Made by a program: the position numbers and the translations under genes. Below, piece by piece: positions 1 to 9,995 of a DNA stretch of 64,000 nucleotides (the stretch's first letter is position 1; every line of letters starts with the position of its first letter). Under the pieces are notes generated by a model. The model ran no database searches and had not been told where the DNA came from. It saw only the letters and a list, made by a program, of their open reading frames with translations. This stretch comes from Nitrospinae bacterium CG11_big_fil_rev_8_21_14_0_20_45_15 (GTDB lineage Bacteria; Nitrospinota; Nitrospinia; Nitrospinales; VA-1). Location of the stretch: contig PCWG01000023.1 in NCBI GenBank assembly GCA_002787235.1, positions 3,130 through 67,129 on the forward strand. Direction: 5' to 3'.

Positions 1-1226
1 TTGAAGATATTCAGTCCCTGACTCAAAGTGACGTTGACCTGATTGATACCGCGCATGGAATCTGCAAAATCGTAGCTCATCCCCAGATCAAGAACCCGCA
101 GGCGATCCACCGAGTTGGGAGATTTGAGAATGTCTGTTTGCGAATCTTTCCCTGTAAAACCGACAAAACCGGTCAGGTTTTCTGAACGCGATCTGAGAAA
201 GGGATGCGACACGCGAAAACCAATACTCGAACTGGTTCCATCGACTTCAAAAATTTTCAAGGTGTCTCCGGGCTTGGAAGAGCTCAAAGACCCGGAAACG
301 AGAAATCGAGTTCCCTCTTTAGAAACAGGAAGTTCGTAAAATCCGCTAAAATACTTTAATTCATCCGTTTGTGCGGTGACCACACCTTGTCCCCCAAGTC
401 GGCCATAAGCTTTGAGGGGGCTGTTCCATGTCGCATTTGCAGAGAACTGGTAGGGTCCGTTGAAAACGGTCCCGCGATTGTCGAAGCTTGCCGACGCATC
501 GTAATTTTTATTTTCCAGAATGATATCCAGTCGCGAGGCACCCATATTGGTAGCCGAAGGAGTCAATACAGATTTGACCGTCACGCCCGGTAGATCATCT
601 ATTAAGAGAAGATAACGTTCCAAATCCACGGCGCGCAAAGGACGCGAGGACAAAAGTTTTTCCCGGTACTCGTTCAGCAATACCTTGGGGCCACGCACGT
701 CGCCTTTGAAATTGACCTGATCGATATACCCTTCGATGATCTGGATACGAACCACCCCCTCGGCAATTTCCTGTGGCGGTATCACCGCCTTGGTCAGAAT
801 ATAACCATTGTTGCGATATCTGGCGGTGATGGCTGAAGCCATCCGGTAGACATGAGCGAGAGTAATAGTGCGATTGAGGTAGTTGCTATAAAGCTTTGTG
901 AAACGTTTTTTGTCGTAAATCGTAGAACCCGAAATGATGATATTTTTCAGGTAGAATTTGATTTTTTTCAACTCCGAAGGTTCCGAGGGTTTCAGAGTGT
1001 CCTGCTCGAGCGGGATGATGGTCGCCTTGGGTTGATTGGGCGCGCGAAATCGAAGATCGAAACGACCCGGTGCGGCTTGTTGCAGGGTTTGGTCCCGTCT
1101 TTCAGAGTTGATTTGGGCGTGAGCGGTCGAAGGGCGCAACAGGAATTCTCCTGATATAAAGACAGCACTTCCCAGCAGGAAGGCGATCCATATTGCAGTT
1201 AGTTTTTGCTCTAAGTTTCTAATCAC
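1..1226 (-). CDS. Two-partner-secretion outer-membrane transporter (TpsB; ShlB/FhaC/HecB family), N-terminal ~408 aa; the 3' end lies beyond the window start
   Basis: Absent from the ORF track because it is open at the window edge. Hand translation of the minus strand from GTG at 1226 gives an uninterrupted frame. It starts with a signal-like segment (VIRNLEQKLTAIWIAFLLGSAVFISG). A POTRA-like segment follows (IKFYLKNIIISGSTIYDKKRF...ARYRNNGYILTKAVIPPQEIAEGVVRIQIIEGYI). Then come LERYLLLIDDLPGV and barrel-like strands (SIGFRVSHPF, LGMSYDF). Confidence 0.65.
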   Translation of the reverse strand, partial: MIRNLEQKLTAIWIAFLLGSAVFISGEFLLRPSTAHAQINSERRDQTLQQAAPGRFDLRFRAPNQPKATIIPLEQDTLKPSEPSELKKIKFYLKNIIISGSTIYDKKRFTKLYSNYLNRTITLAHVYRMASAITARYRNNGYILTKAVIPPQEIAEGVVRIQIIEGYIDQVNFKGDVRGPKVLLNEYREKLLSSRPLRAVDLERYLLLIDDLPGVTVKSVLTPSATNMGASRLDIILENKNYDASASFDNRGTVFNGPYQFSANATWNSPLKAYGRLGGQGVVTAQTDELKYFSGFYELPVSKEGTRFLVSGSLSSSKPGDTLKIFEVDGTSSSIGFRVSHPFLRSRSENLTGFVGFTGKDSQTDILKSPNSVDRLRVLDLGMSYDFADSMRGINQVNVTLSQGLNIF

Positions 1227-1589
1227 TTCGGAATCGTTCTGTTCAAATATATTAACGGTTACTTTTATGCAGACACAAGTGCATAAAAGCTTTATTTTCC
1301 AAAGGCTTTGAAAACACGCCCTTTGCGTTCAAAGCGTGAAATACCGATTTTTAGGGCTCACCACTCAGGTACTTTTTGCTCTAAATTGTTGAAAATCAGC
1401 AGTAAACGCTATTACCCAACACCTGAAGAAGCAAGGCTTATGCCAAAAAAAGGCATGGGTTGGAGAGGACTTCCAATTCCTTGGAGGGGAAAGGGTCTTT
1501 CCGGAAAATTATTTTTTTTTATGAATGAAATTGAAGAGGAGAGGGGGAAAAGCTTGCCCTACGGTGTCAATTTTTTGCCGGGTCAACTT

Positions 1590-1859
1590 TCAGTGATGGA
1601 CGATGGATTCCCACAGACGATAAAAAACCGCTCCAACGGAAATGAGGATGATCCAAAAAATGATCGTTGGGTTGAAGGGAGGTGCGCCCGGGTCGTCGTC
1701 GAGTTTCGATTTAAAACGCACATTCAGGGCGTAAAGGACCGCACACGCGGGGATGATTATGTAACCTGATAACGAGAGCCATTCATTGGTCGTCATAGTG
1801 CTTTCCGTCAGAGAGTGAGAGTCACTGTTTGAGTCGGTAGTGGCAAAAAATCCTGACAT
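1590..1859 (-). CDS. Small hypothetical membrane protein (2 predicted TM segments)
   Basis: 89-aa ORF with two hydrophobic stretches (GYIIIPACAVLYALNV, IIFWIILISVGAVFYRLW). It competes with an overlapping plus-strand ORF at 1308-1769 that has no recognisable features. Confidence 0.35.
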   Translation of the reverse strand: MSGFFATTDSNSDSHSLTESTMTTNEWLSLSGYIIIPACAVLYALNVRFKSKLDDDPGAPPFNPTIIFWIILISVGAVFYRLWESIVHH

Positions 1860-2032
1860 CGCAAAAAAATTATTTTGGAAGTTTTTTTTGTTAATATAAT
1901 GAAGTCATGGCATGGTTTGTTTTGCGCAATCATTTTGTTGAGCTGTCAAAACCATTGACGGAATTTCAGGGTGGAGTAACATGGTAGGTTAGAGGTAGAG
2001 TTTTTTTCATTGATCAAACCAGAATTTTTCTT

Positions 2033-2725
2033 ATGTCAAAAGAAGATCCATCAACTCAAGTGGAGCTCGTCATTCCCCTTTTCCCCCTGCCGAATACGGT
2101 TTTCTATCCAGAGACCTTATTGCCCCTGCATATTTTCGAGCCGCGTTATCGAGAGATGACGCGCGATGCTTTGGACGGTGACGGAAAAATTGGAATGATC
2201 CTGCTCAAACCAGACTATGAATCAGAATATTTTGATCGACCGGGTATCCATAAAATCGGTTGCATGGGAAATATCGAAAAATACGTGCAATTGCCGGATG
2301 GTAAATTCAATTTCACTCTCAAGGGTATGAGTCGATTTGAAATCATCGAAGAAATAAAAGATAAGCCCTATCGTCGGGCGAGGGTTTTGATCTGGAAGGA
2401 TGTGAATGACAGAAATATTGAATTGGGATCTGACGATCTGGCAGAGGAATTGAAGAAAAAATTTACCAGTTATTGTGTCCGTCTTAAAGAACTGGGTGTG
2501 CCTGGAAAAAGTCATGATTTGCGGACTTGCAAAACTTTGGGAGGGCTGGTGGATATTCTGGCGATGGATCTCGATTTCCCCACAGAAAAAAAACAATATT
2601 TTCTTGAAGAGCGCGACGCTGGCAAACGCGCGCATCAACTGTTGAATGAGTTGAATTTAAAATACGATCTGATTTCGATTTCTTATGAGCGCAACAAGAC
2701 TCAAAGCGATCCAAATTGGAACTGA
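2033..2725 (+). CDS. LON N-terminal (substrate-binding, PUA-like) domain protein
   Basis: LFPLPNTVFYPETLLPLHIFEPRYREM is the hallmark N-terminus of stand-alone Lon N-domain proteins. 230 aa. Confidence 0.8.
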   Translation: MSKEDPSTQVELVIPLFPLPNTVFYPETLLPLHIFEPRYREMTRDALDGDGKIGMILLKPDYESEYFDRPGIHKIGCMGNIEKYVQLPDGKFNFTLKGMSRFEIIEEIKDKPYRRARVLIWKDVNDRNIELGSDDLAEELKKKFTSYCVRLKELGVPGKSHDLRTCKTLGGLVDILAMDLDFPTEKKQYFLEERDAGKRAHQLLNELNLKYDLISISYERNKTQSDPNWN

Positions 2726-2832
2726 GGTTTCTAAATTTCAGGAGCTTGATATGAAAAAAATACTACGCGGGAAATTTTTTGCCTGTGTATTTTGCGTTAT
2801 TTATTCTGCGGTCATGATGGGAGTCGCTCTTT

Positions 2833-3843
2833 TTGGTCACTAAAGTTTTAAAGCAGATTTTGAAGTATAAAAAGGCTCTGATTTATTTTTCCATTGCGGG
2901 TGGCTTTTCTGCAATCCTGATTTCCTATTATGTTTTGAATTATAATTATCATTGGATTCCTGCGCCGCTTGTTGAGTTGGCCCGAGAATCCGAATTGATA
3001 AAAACTCCGCCTGCAAAAACCTGCTCGGAATGTCATGCGAAAATTTTTGAATCGTGGCAGAAGAGTCGGCATTCCAAAGCCTGGGTCAGCGAGTTTTATG
3101 TCGAAGATTCTGAAAATCACTCGAAGGAAAAATGTTTGCCCTGTCACGTGCCGCAGACTGTGAATCCGGGAAAGAAGCCTGATCCCCGGTTGGACAACAG
3201 AGACGATGGCGTGTATTGCGTTTCCTGTCATTTAAAAGACGGTGCAATGAGAGGACCTTATGATCTGTTTTCCCCTTCGCATCCCACTCGGGAAGTAGGG
3301 GAGTTTAGAAAATCTGTTTTTTGTGGATCTTGCCACGAAAAAACCTATAAGGAATGGATGGAAACAGATCGTGAACGGTCCTGCCAGTCTTGTCACATGC
3401 CACGGGTTATGGGACGTTTGACGCAGAAATTTCCCCTCAGTTTATTGCATCGAAAACGTCAGGTTGCCGATCATTCTTTCCCACATGGCGAAATTGATCC
3501 GGACAATATTTTGCTGGAGCTTCAGTTCCAGAATGAAAAGGCGAGCTTATCTCTGACGAATTTAAAAATTCCTCATGCCTTCCCAACCGCAGACAATGGC
3601 GACCCGCGTTTGTATGTTTATATTTCTTTTCTTGATGCAACGGGAGAGGAAGTCACGAGTGAAAAAGAAATCATCGCTCCGCAAAAAGAGACCGCTTTGC
3701 CTTGGCAGAAAGCGATTGTTTATCCATACAGGGTAAATGCAAAAACCGAAAAGGCGCGTGTGAGTATTCAATACAAACCAGCATGGTCGAAAGAAAAAAA
3801 GGAAGTTCTGGTTCGTGAATTTCAGCGCGGTGATAACAGATAG
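2833..3843 (+). CDS. Membrane-anchored pentahaem c-type cytochrome
   Basis: Five CxxCH motifs (CSECH, CLPCH, CVSCH, CGSCH, CQSCH). N-terminal TM anchor ALIYFSIAGGFSAILISYYVL. TTG start preceded by GGGAG; the start is uncertain. Confidence 0.8.
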   Translation: MVTKVLKQILKYKKALIYFSIAGGFSAILISYYVLNYNYHWIPAPLVELARESELIKTPPAKTCSECHAKIFESWQKSRHSKAWVSEFYVEDSENHSKEKCLPCHVPQTVNPGKKPDPRLDNRDDGVYCVSCHLKDGAMRGPYDLFSPSHPTREVGEFRKSVFCGSCHEKTYKEWMETDRERSCQSCHMPRVMGRLTQKFPLSLLHRKRQVADHSFPHGEIDPDNILLELQFQNEKASLSLTNLKIPHAFPTADNGDPRLYVYISFLDATGEEVTSEKEIIAPQKETALPWQKAIVYPYRVNAKTEKARVSIQYKPAWSKEKKEVLVREFQRGDNR

Positions 3844-3976
3844 AGTGTATTGCCCGCGAATCTGGAACAGATGGGCTCCATATAAATAATACAGGAGTTG
3901 ATGCGTTGGCTTCTAATGGACTTTATAAGTGAATCGTAAAATTTTACTTGAGTTTGAATTGAAAGGAAAAGAATTT

Positions 3977-4846
3977 ATGGAAAATAAAACAGGCTTTCGA
4001 GTGTGCTGGATGTTGCTGGTCCTTGGAGCATGGTTTGTATCCCCGGCTCTGGCGAAGGATGTTGTTATCAAGGAGCCGCCTGCATCATTGAGCAAGCAGT
4101 ATCCGCCGGAATCAAAAGAATCCAAATGGCTTGATATCATGCATAAAATGAGCGGTCATTTTGGTGGCGTGTTTATCAACATGGGTCAGAAAGATTGGCC
4201 CAATGCTGAAAAACATGCACAGGGCCTGGCCGATGTTTATGAAGATGCTTCCAAATTGGTTCCTGAATGGAAGGATTATTTTGATGTGAAAGCGGCCAAA
4301 GATTTTGTGTCTGTTGTTAAAACACATGACCCTGCAGAAATCAGCAAGGCTTCAAAACTTGTGGGTAAGACTTGCGGCAAATGTCACGACGACAATCTCG
4401 TTGCGGTATGGACAAGATATCACTGGCCTTCGGTTGAGAATATCAAGCTGGAAGATCCTATAGATGAAAAGGAAGTGGAATATGGCAAGTACATGCATGT
4501 TCTGTCCAATGCATTCAAAGGAGTACGAGTCAATTTTGGTGATGGGAAAAATGATATCGCTTTGAAAGCGGCGAAGGATTTCAAGAAACGTTATATGGAA
4601 TTGAAATCGACTTGTTCCAAATGTCATACCCATCCCGGTGTCAAACAATTTTTTGTTGGCGAAGATGTGAGCAAAGCTTTGGACGCTATGGAAGCAGAGT
4701 TGGCAACAGACAAGCCCAACCCCGGAGTGATCTGGAAAAATGTCGGAATCGTTGGTCAAGAGGGATGTAAAAAATGTCACTTGACGCATCGATCCTATGT
4801 CATTTTTCGGGATGTCTGGGAAGAAGAGGCTGAAGCAAAAAAATAA
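3977..4846 (+). CDS. Secreted trihaem c-type cytochrome built from class-II (cytochrome c-prime/c556-like) modules
   Basis: Signal peptide MENKTGFRVCWMLLVLGAWFVSPALA from the internal ATG at 3977. Three CxxCH motifs (CGKCH, CSKCH, CKKCH), each at the C-terminal end of a helical segment. Repeated AAKDF...K(T/S)C(G/S)KCH pattern. Confidence 0.8.
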   Translation: MENKTGFRVCWMLLVLGAWFVSPALAKDVVIKEPPASLSKQYPPESKESKWLDIMHKMSGHFGGVFINMGQKDWPNAEKHAQGLADVYEDASKLVPEWKDYFDVKAAKDFVSVVKTHDPAEISKASKLVGKTCGKCHDDNLVAVWTRYHWPSVENIKLEDPIDEKEVEYGKYMHVLSNAFKGVRVNFGDGKNDIALKAAKDFKKRYMELKSTCSKCHTHPGVKQFFVGEDVSKALDAMEAELATDKPNPGVIWKNVGIVGQEGCKKCHLTHRSYVIFRDVWEEEAEAKK

Positions 4847-4878
4847 TCGCACTCAAAGTTTGAGCCTGGCACCATTGG

Positions 4879-7464
4879 TCAATGCCAATGGGCCTCGCTC
4901 AAGCTGATGGGGCGGTCACCGATTGTTTTAAGATTTTCCGCAACACTTTTCAACCCGCCCGCCAAGTCTCCCGAAGCAAATTCCGATTCTCCCGGTCCCT
5001 TGTACCTGCGCGCAAAAACGGACAGTCTCTGTGCCGTTCTCTGTTCAAATTGATGTTGCAGGAATGCGTCCAGTTGTGACGGAACATTTTGCATGGGTGC
5101 TGCCTGCCCGACCCGGCTTTTCAAAAGGTTGAGAAAACTCTGATCGGTTTGCCATTTCAGAGGCGGGACCAATGCGGTTGGCGAATGCTCAAGCAGGGAA
5201 TTGTCGTCGGTGATGGTGTTTGCCGACTTTAGAAATCCTTGCAGATACTTTCCGTCAGTCAGAAAAAAATCGGCAAAATCCAGATAGGATTGAATGCCTA
5301 TTTCCTGTGCCATTGATTTCACTTGTTGATTTTCCATGAGGGCTTCGAAGCGATTTTTGTCCAGTTGGATGGGTTGGTCCGATCCCGCCAGAAGAACGAT
5401 GCGCGTGAGGAAGCTGTTCCACACGGAGATATGCGGGAAGCTTTTCTGAAAAGTTTTGATGATCGCTCGTGCGTCTTCGGGACCTACCAAATGCAAGGGG
5501 AGCCATTGCAGGAAGATGCCGCCGGTGTTCATGCGTTGGTTCGCCAGTTCGTAAAATTCCTTTGAATAAAGATTGACCACTCCGGCCTGAACGGGGGACA
5601 TGGGTTCGAGAGTGATCACATCGTATCGTGTTGGTGTCCAGCGCAGGTAGGTGCGGCCGTCCTGGATGCTCAGGTTGATATTGGGTTTGCTCAGGACATC
5701 TTTGTTCCAGCGTGAAAACCAGTGCGCCATATCCAATACGTTGCGGTCAATTTCGACGGCGTCCACAGAGACGCCGGGGAAAAGGGAAACCGCTCCCAGT
5801 GTGGTTCCTGTGCCGAAGCAGATGACGAGTGCTTTTTTCGGGTCGGGATGCAGAGCCATTGGGACAAAGCCCATGGCCTGCATATAGGCACTGCCGCCTA
5901 CCGAGTCGGAGCTGGTTGCCGTGCTGAAGCCATTCATATAAATGGTGCGGGCTCCGTTGCGAGTGTCTTCAACAACTCCCAGGGTTGAAAAATCGCCCTC
6001 CTTGTAGTCCAGGAGTTTGATGGATTCTTTAGGCACATCAATTTCTATGCGGGCGAAATTTCCTTTTCCTGGCTCTTCCATTCCCGTTTGGGGCGCGACC
6101 GCGCCATAGCAGATCGATGCAGACAGGATCAGGACACCCAAGGAAACCATCTTTTTGATCGGGCTCCACTTCAGGTGCAGGGCCAGAGCGGCAAGGGAGA
6201 GTGCGATCATTCCGACAAACAGGACGAACAGGCTGAGGCGAATCCCGAACAAGGGAATAAAGAGAAACGGAGTGAGCAGGGTTCCCAGCACAGCACCCAG
6301 TGTGTTGGCGGAATAACTGCCACCCAGCGTCTTGCCAATGGAACCGAACAGGGAAAAATTGATTCGGTTGGCGATTGGGAAAATCAAACCGAATCCGAGA
6401 GTGGGGATGAACATCAGGCCAAACGCGAATGCCGAGCGTATCAACAGAGTGCGCCCGGCGGAACTGTCCAGTCCATAAAAAATTTGATCCGCCTGTCGGG
6501 TCCATTCCACCAGATGCTCGAAAAGTGGCATGATGGCAATGCAGGAGATGCCGATCAAAATTTCAACGAGCAGGAAGTACAAAATCCAATCGGAATTTTT
6601 GGGCAGGAAACTGGCGATCCAGCTACCCAAGGCAATGCCAAACAGGAAGCAGGCGAGGATGAGCGCGAAAGAAAATAGCGCACTCCCCAACGGAAAGACC
6701 AGAATGCGCGTCCACAGTATTTCACCCGAAAGTGCGGTCATCCCGGAATAAATAAACAACATTAACAAGAGCCATTGCAGGCGGCCCAGAGGCTCTTTAA
6801 ATTCAGCCGGCTTGGATTTTTTACGCAATGGCGGTTGGGCAACGATTGCGCCGGAGTTGATAATGCGTTGTCTCAACCATAGGATCAAAGCGAGGACGAG
6901 AAAATTCATGAGCGCGGCCGAGACGGTTGCGCCGCGAACGCCGAACCATTGCACAGCGATCGATTGTGCGTAGAGACAACCCAGAACCGCCCCGAAAGTA
7001 TTGAGCCCGTACAAGACTCCGACGTTTGAAACAATGGCGCGGGCCTCGTCCCTTATGAACCAGCGTCCAAGAATGGGAAGCGTAGCACCCATCAGGAAAG
7101 TGGCCGGGAGCATGAGCAGAGTGCCCAGACAAAATTCAAAGAAATGAAGCCAGAATCCGCCGCCACCGGTCAGGGCAAAAAAAGTGGGATAGGCCGATTC
7201 CAGAAGTTTCAGAATCCACGGGAAGGCGAGGCCGTACAGGCCGATCGCTCCTTCAAACAATCCGTACAATAAAAGAGGGAGGTCGGCATCGCGTTCTTTG
7301 GGAATGCGGTCCAGGTACTTGGAAACGATCCAGGCTCCGAGTCCCAGCCCTGTCATGAATGCGCAGAGGACGGCACTGATCGCGTACAAGGCACCGCCAA
7401 AAATCAACGCAAGTCGTTTGATCCAGATCAGCTCATAGACCAGACTGGCCGCTCCGGAAAACAA
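4879..7464 (-). CDS. Fused polytopic membrane domain / spermidine-synthase-like (SpeE-fold) methyltransferase-fold protein
   Basis: 861 aa. The N-terminal ~450 aa are highly hydrophobic with many TM segments. A SpeE-like core follows (ALVICFGTGTTLGAVS...VDAVEIDRNVLDMA...YDVITLEP). Confidence 0.8.
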   Translation of the reverse strand: MFSGAASLVYELIWIKRLALIFGGALYAISAVLCAFMTGLGLGAWIVSKYLDRIPKERDADLPLLLYGLFEGAIGLYGLAFPWILKLLESAYPTFFALTGGGGFWLHFFEFCLGTLLMLPATFLMGATLPILGRWFIRDEARAIVSNVGVLYGLNTFGAVLGCLYAQSIAVQWFGVRGATVSAALMNFLVLALILWLRQRIINSGAIVAQPPLRKKSKPAEFKEPLGRLQWLLLMLFIYSGMTALSGEILWTRILVFPLGSALFSFALILACFLFGIALGSWIASFLPKNSDWILYFLLVEILIGISCIAIMPLFEHLVEWTRQADQIFYGLDSSAGRTLLIRSAFAFGLMFIPTLGFGLIFPIANRINFSLFGSIGKTLGGSYSANTLGAVLGTLLTPFLFIPLFGIRLSLFVLFVGMIALSLAALALHLKWSPIKKMVSLGVLILSASICYGAVAPQTGMEEPGKGNFARIEIDVPKESIKLLDYKEGDFSTLGVVEDTRNGARTIYMNGFSTATSSDSVGGSAYMQAMGFVPMALHPDPKKALVICFGTGTTLGAVSLFPGVSVDAVEIDRNVLDMAHWFSRWNKDVLSKPNINLSIQDGRTYLRWTPTRYDVITLEPMSPVQAGVVNLYSKEFYELANQRMNTGGIFLQWLPLHLVGPEDARAIIKTFQKSFPHISVWNSFLTRIVLLAGSDQPIQLDKNRFEALMENQQVKSMAQEIGIQSYLDFADFFLTDGKYLQGFLKSANTITDDNSLLEHSPTALVPPLKWQTDQSFLNLLKSRVGQAAPMQNVPSQLDAFLQHQFEQRTAQRLSVFARRYKGPGESEFASGDLAGGLKSVAENLKTIGDRPISLSEAHWH

Positions 7465-7675
7465 CAGGCACAGATAGACGAGGTATCTGTCGAGAGCCGG
7501 ACTTCTTTCTTTGGAATCGTTTGAGATGAATCGTCTCCTTTAATGACTGATATACAGGGAGAGCTATCATATATTGAGGGAGCGGATCTTGCCAGCCAGA
7601 ATTTACGAGCCAAAGCTGTTGGAAAACGTTTTTTCATGAAGGTGTGATAAGAGAGCTTGCTAGATATATTATTTT

Positions 7676-9652
7676 TTAGTTTTTTGTTTTCTTGTAAATT
7701 CCCCATATTTGGCTTCCGCCGTCAATCAAGCACAGCCCACAAAAAAGTAGAAACAGAGGATACACGGGGGCTACGAATCGGGTCACCAATCCCGGAAACG
7801 ATGTGACCGTACAATAAGAAAGCAGTAACAATCGGCAGGAAATTGCTGTTAAAAGAATACAATTTATCATCAGCAATTCGTTGAAGGAACGAGTAGCCAC
7901 GGCACGTCCCAGGCATATAAAAAATAGCAAGAGGGCGGGCCAGGCCAGGAATGGAATCCCAATACGGTAAAGCTCTCCGATAGTTTTTAACATTTGGATG
8001 ATAAAGGGGGTCTTGTATTTTCCCGCAGAATTCAGATGCTCATTTTTGATAACATAATTGATTTCGATCTTTAGGCCATGCGATTCATAGCCTTTCATCA
8101 ATTCAGAAAATGGTATGCGCGCAATTTCCCCATTTTCTCCCAAAATAATCATCTGACATTTGTTAGTCACGCAGTTTGTTTGAAGGTCAAAGCGTATTTT
8201 GGATGCGGATGATTGCAGATTTTGAGCATCCGATCCTTTAATTTCTCGGGTTTCGATTGTGAATCTACCCTCGGGATTTGAGGGGTCTGCAATATAAACA
8301 GTTTTGATGGCTTGAACGTTGCTGATAATTTTGCCACGTATCAGCAACTGGCTTTGGTTTAGATAAATCTGAGAATGAATTATTTCCGCAAAAAACTCCG
8401 TCAATGCAAAGTTGCCTGTGCTTGATCCATAAGTGACGGAAATATCCTGCAGTGAAAATAAAAACTGGATGGCATCCCACATCTTATCAACCGTTTCTCC
8501 CACATATTTCCAGTGAAACACGGGTGCTAAAGTACTTCTGGGTGCATGGCACTCAAGCAATTTTTTGTCACAGGCTGTGTTGATCTCCTCAGCGAGGCGG
8601 GCGTAATATTTGCGTGCTTCCGGGGCAGAACGATAGTGACCTGCCAGAGACACCGCATTTCTCAAAGCAAATACAAAATGTGTCGAACGTATTTTCCCGT
8701 CACAGGGATTGATTTTGTTTGTTGTGCATCCCTCTCGAGCCCAACTCTGGCCTGAAAGACCTTCAAGGTAAGGTTCTAGTTCTCTGAATGCGGGGCTCAC
8801 TTCATATACTTTTTCCCGGGCTTCGCGGGGAATCCCTATGAAACGCTCTCCGCTATGTTTGACCCGGGAAAGTGCGCCGTATGCAGATTTAAATTCCAGT
8901 TGTTTCAATTCAACAACATCATAAACTCCGTATTTGAGATAATTGATTCCTGCAACCAAATGGAGTCCTGTATAAACAATAACGATGGGCAACAGGGCAA
9001 GCCCCGCTTCCCTCTTCAATAGAGTCCAGCTGAAACCTTTTTCCCGGCACTGGGTCCAGATCAAAACTATCAGGATGAACGGGAATATGGGTAAAATCCA
9101 AATCCCTTCCATGCGGGTGATCCAGAAGCACAATAAAACCAGACCCAAGCCAATCGCCAGGTAGATCCGGGCGGTCCATCGTTGGTTGCGACGGTTGAAC
9201 CAGATCAGGGTCATGGAAACGATGAGAACCGTCAGAGGAACGAAAAGCCCTTCACGAACCATGCGTGTTTGGTTCATGGTGTAAATCATCGGATTGAATA
9301 AATAGAAAATATAAAGAAACAGGCGGATTCCCTGTTGTCGAACATAGGGTGCAATGCTCTTGATAAACACAGCACCCGCCACCACATACAAGACCCCCTG
9401 CGCAAACAGGATTGGCGTGCCAAGCATGAAGTTAAAAGCAAGCCAAACCGAATAAAAAGGTTCTTTCAGTAAGGTCAGGTCAGAATAATCACCCAGCCAG
9501 TTTCCGCTCAGTATATTGACAGCCCCGATCAGGTACAATTGATCGTCATGAGCGGCGTGCGCCAATAATGGAACAGGCAAACCTGAAATCAGCCAAAGAT
9601 AAATGGCGGAAACCAGAAGAAAAAGAATAAAACAGGTTTTTGTGAAGGGCAT
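7676..9652 (-). CDS. Large polytopic membrane protein, possible GT-C-fold glycosyltransferase
   Basis: 658 aa, about 10 N-terminal TM segments with an acidic first-loop motif (HAAHDDQLY). A ~270-aa soluble domain is followed by C-terminal TM segments. Function is inferred only from this architecture. Confidence 0.55.
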   Translation of the reverse strand: MPFTKTCFILFLLVSAIYLWLISGLPVPLLAHAAHDDQLYLIGAVNILSGNWLGDYSDLTLLKEPFYSVWLAFNFMLGTPILFAQGVLYVVAGAVFIKSIAPYVRQQGIRLFLYIFYLFNPMIYTMNQTRMVREGLFVPLTVLIVSMTLIWFNRRNQRWTARIYLAIGLGLVLLCFWITRMEGIWILPIFPFILIVLIWTQCREKGFSWTLLKREAGLALLPIVIVYTGLHLVAGINYLKYGVYDVVELKQLEFKSAYGALSRVKHSGERFIGIPREAREKVYEVSPAFRELEPYLEGLSGQSWAREGCTTNKINPCDGKIRSTHFVFALRNAVSLAGHYRSAPEARKYYARLAEEINTACDKKLLECHAPRSTLAPVFHWKYVGETVDKMWDAIQFLFSLQDISVTYGSSTGNFALTEFFAEIIHSQIYLNQSQLLIRGKIISNVQAIKTVYIADPSNPEGRFTIETREIKGSDAQNLQSSASKIRFDLQTNCVTNKCQMIILGENGEIARIPFSELMKGYESHGLKIEINYVIKNEHLNSAGKYKTPFIIQMLKTIGELYRIGIPFLAWPALLLFFICLGRAVATRSFNELLMINCILLTAISCRLLLLSYCTVTSFPGLVTRFVAPVYPLFLLFCGLCLIDGGSQIWGIYKKTKN

Positions 9653-9995
9653 GGCAATCCGGCTGAGTTTCCCACAGGCGAAAAAGTTGACGCGGTCATT
9701 TTACAATGATATTTCAGCCCTCAGGGTTTTTTCAGCATTTCGTTAACAGTCGGGGAGACAGATTTCGTTTCCTATTTGGTAATGATAAGAAATCATTTTG
9801 AATTGTGGGAATTTTTTTCATAGCCTTGGTATCCTGTAATTTTTGATAGTTGCAGATCAAGGGGATGGGGATATAGAACATTTTCTTTGCGCTCAGAGAC
9901 CGATAAAAAGGAATTCATGAGCTGTTGGGGAAAGATTGAAACTTGCTTGAAGGAATGGTAATCTCTAAAGAAAACTTAAATCTGGAGGATGAATA

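Noticed and set aside
1308-1769. A 153-aa plus-strand ORF in the TpsB upstream region.
   Set aside because: It has no motifs and a basic low-complexity composition. It overlaps a more plausible two-TM ORF on the other strand, although neither is strongly supported.
2751-2843. A 30-aa hydrophobic mini-ORF (MKKILRGKFFACVFCVIYSAVMMGVALFGH) just upstream of, and out of frame with, the pentahaem gene. It could be a frameshifted signal peptide.
   Set aside because: The downstream ORF has its own TM anchor and an RBS-like GGGAG. There is no evidence of a frameshift or pseudogene. It could be a real micro-protein, but that is unsupported.
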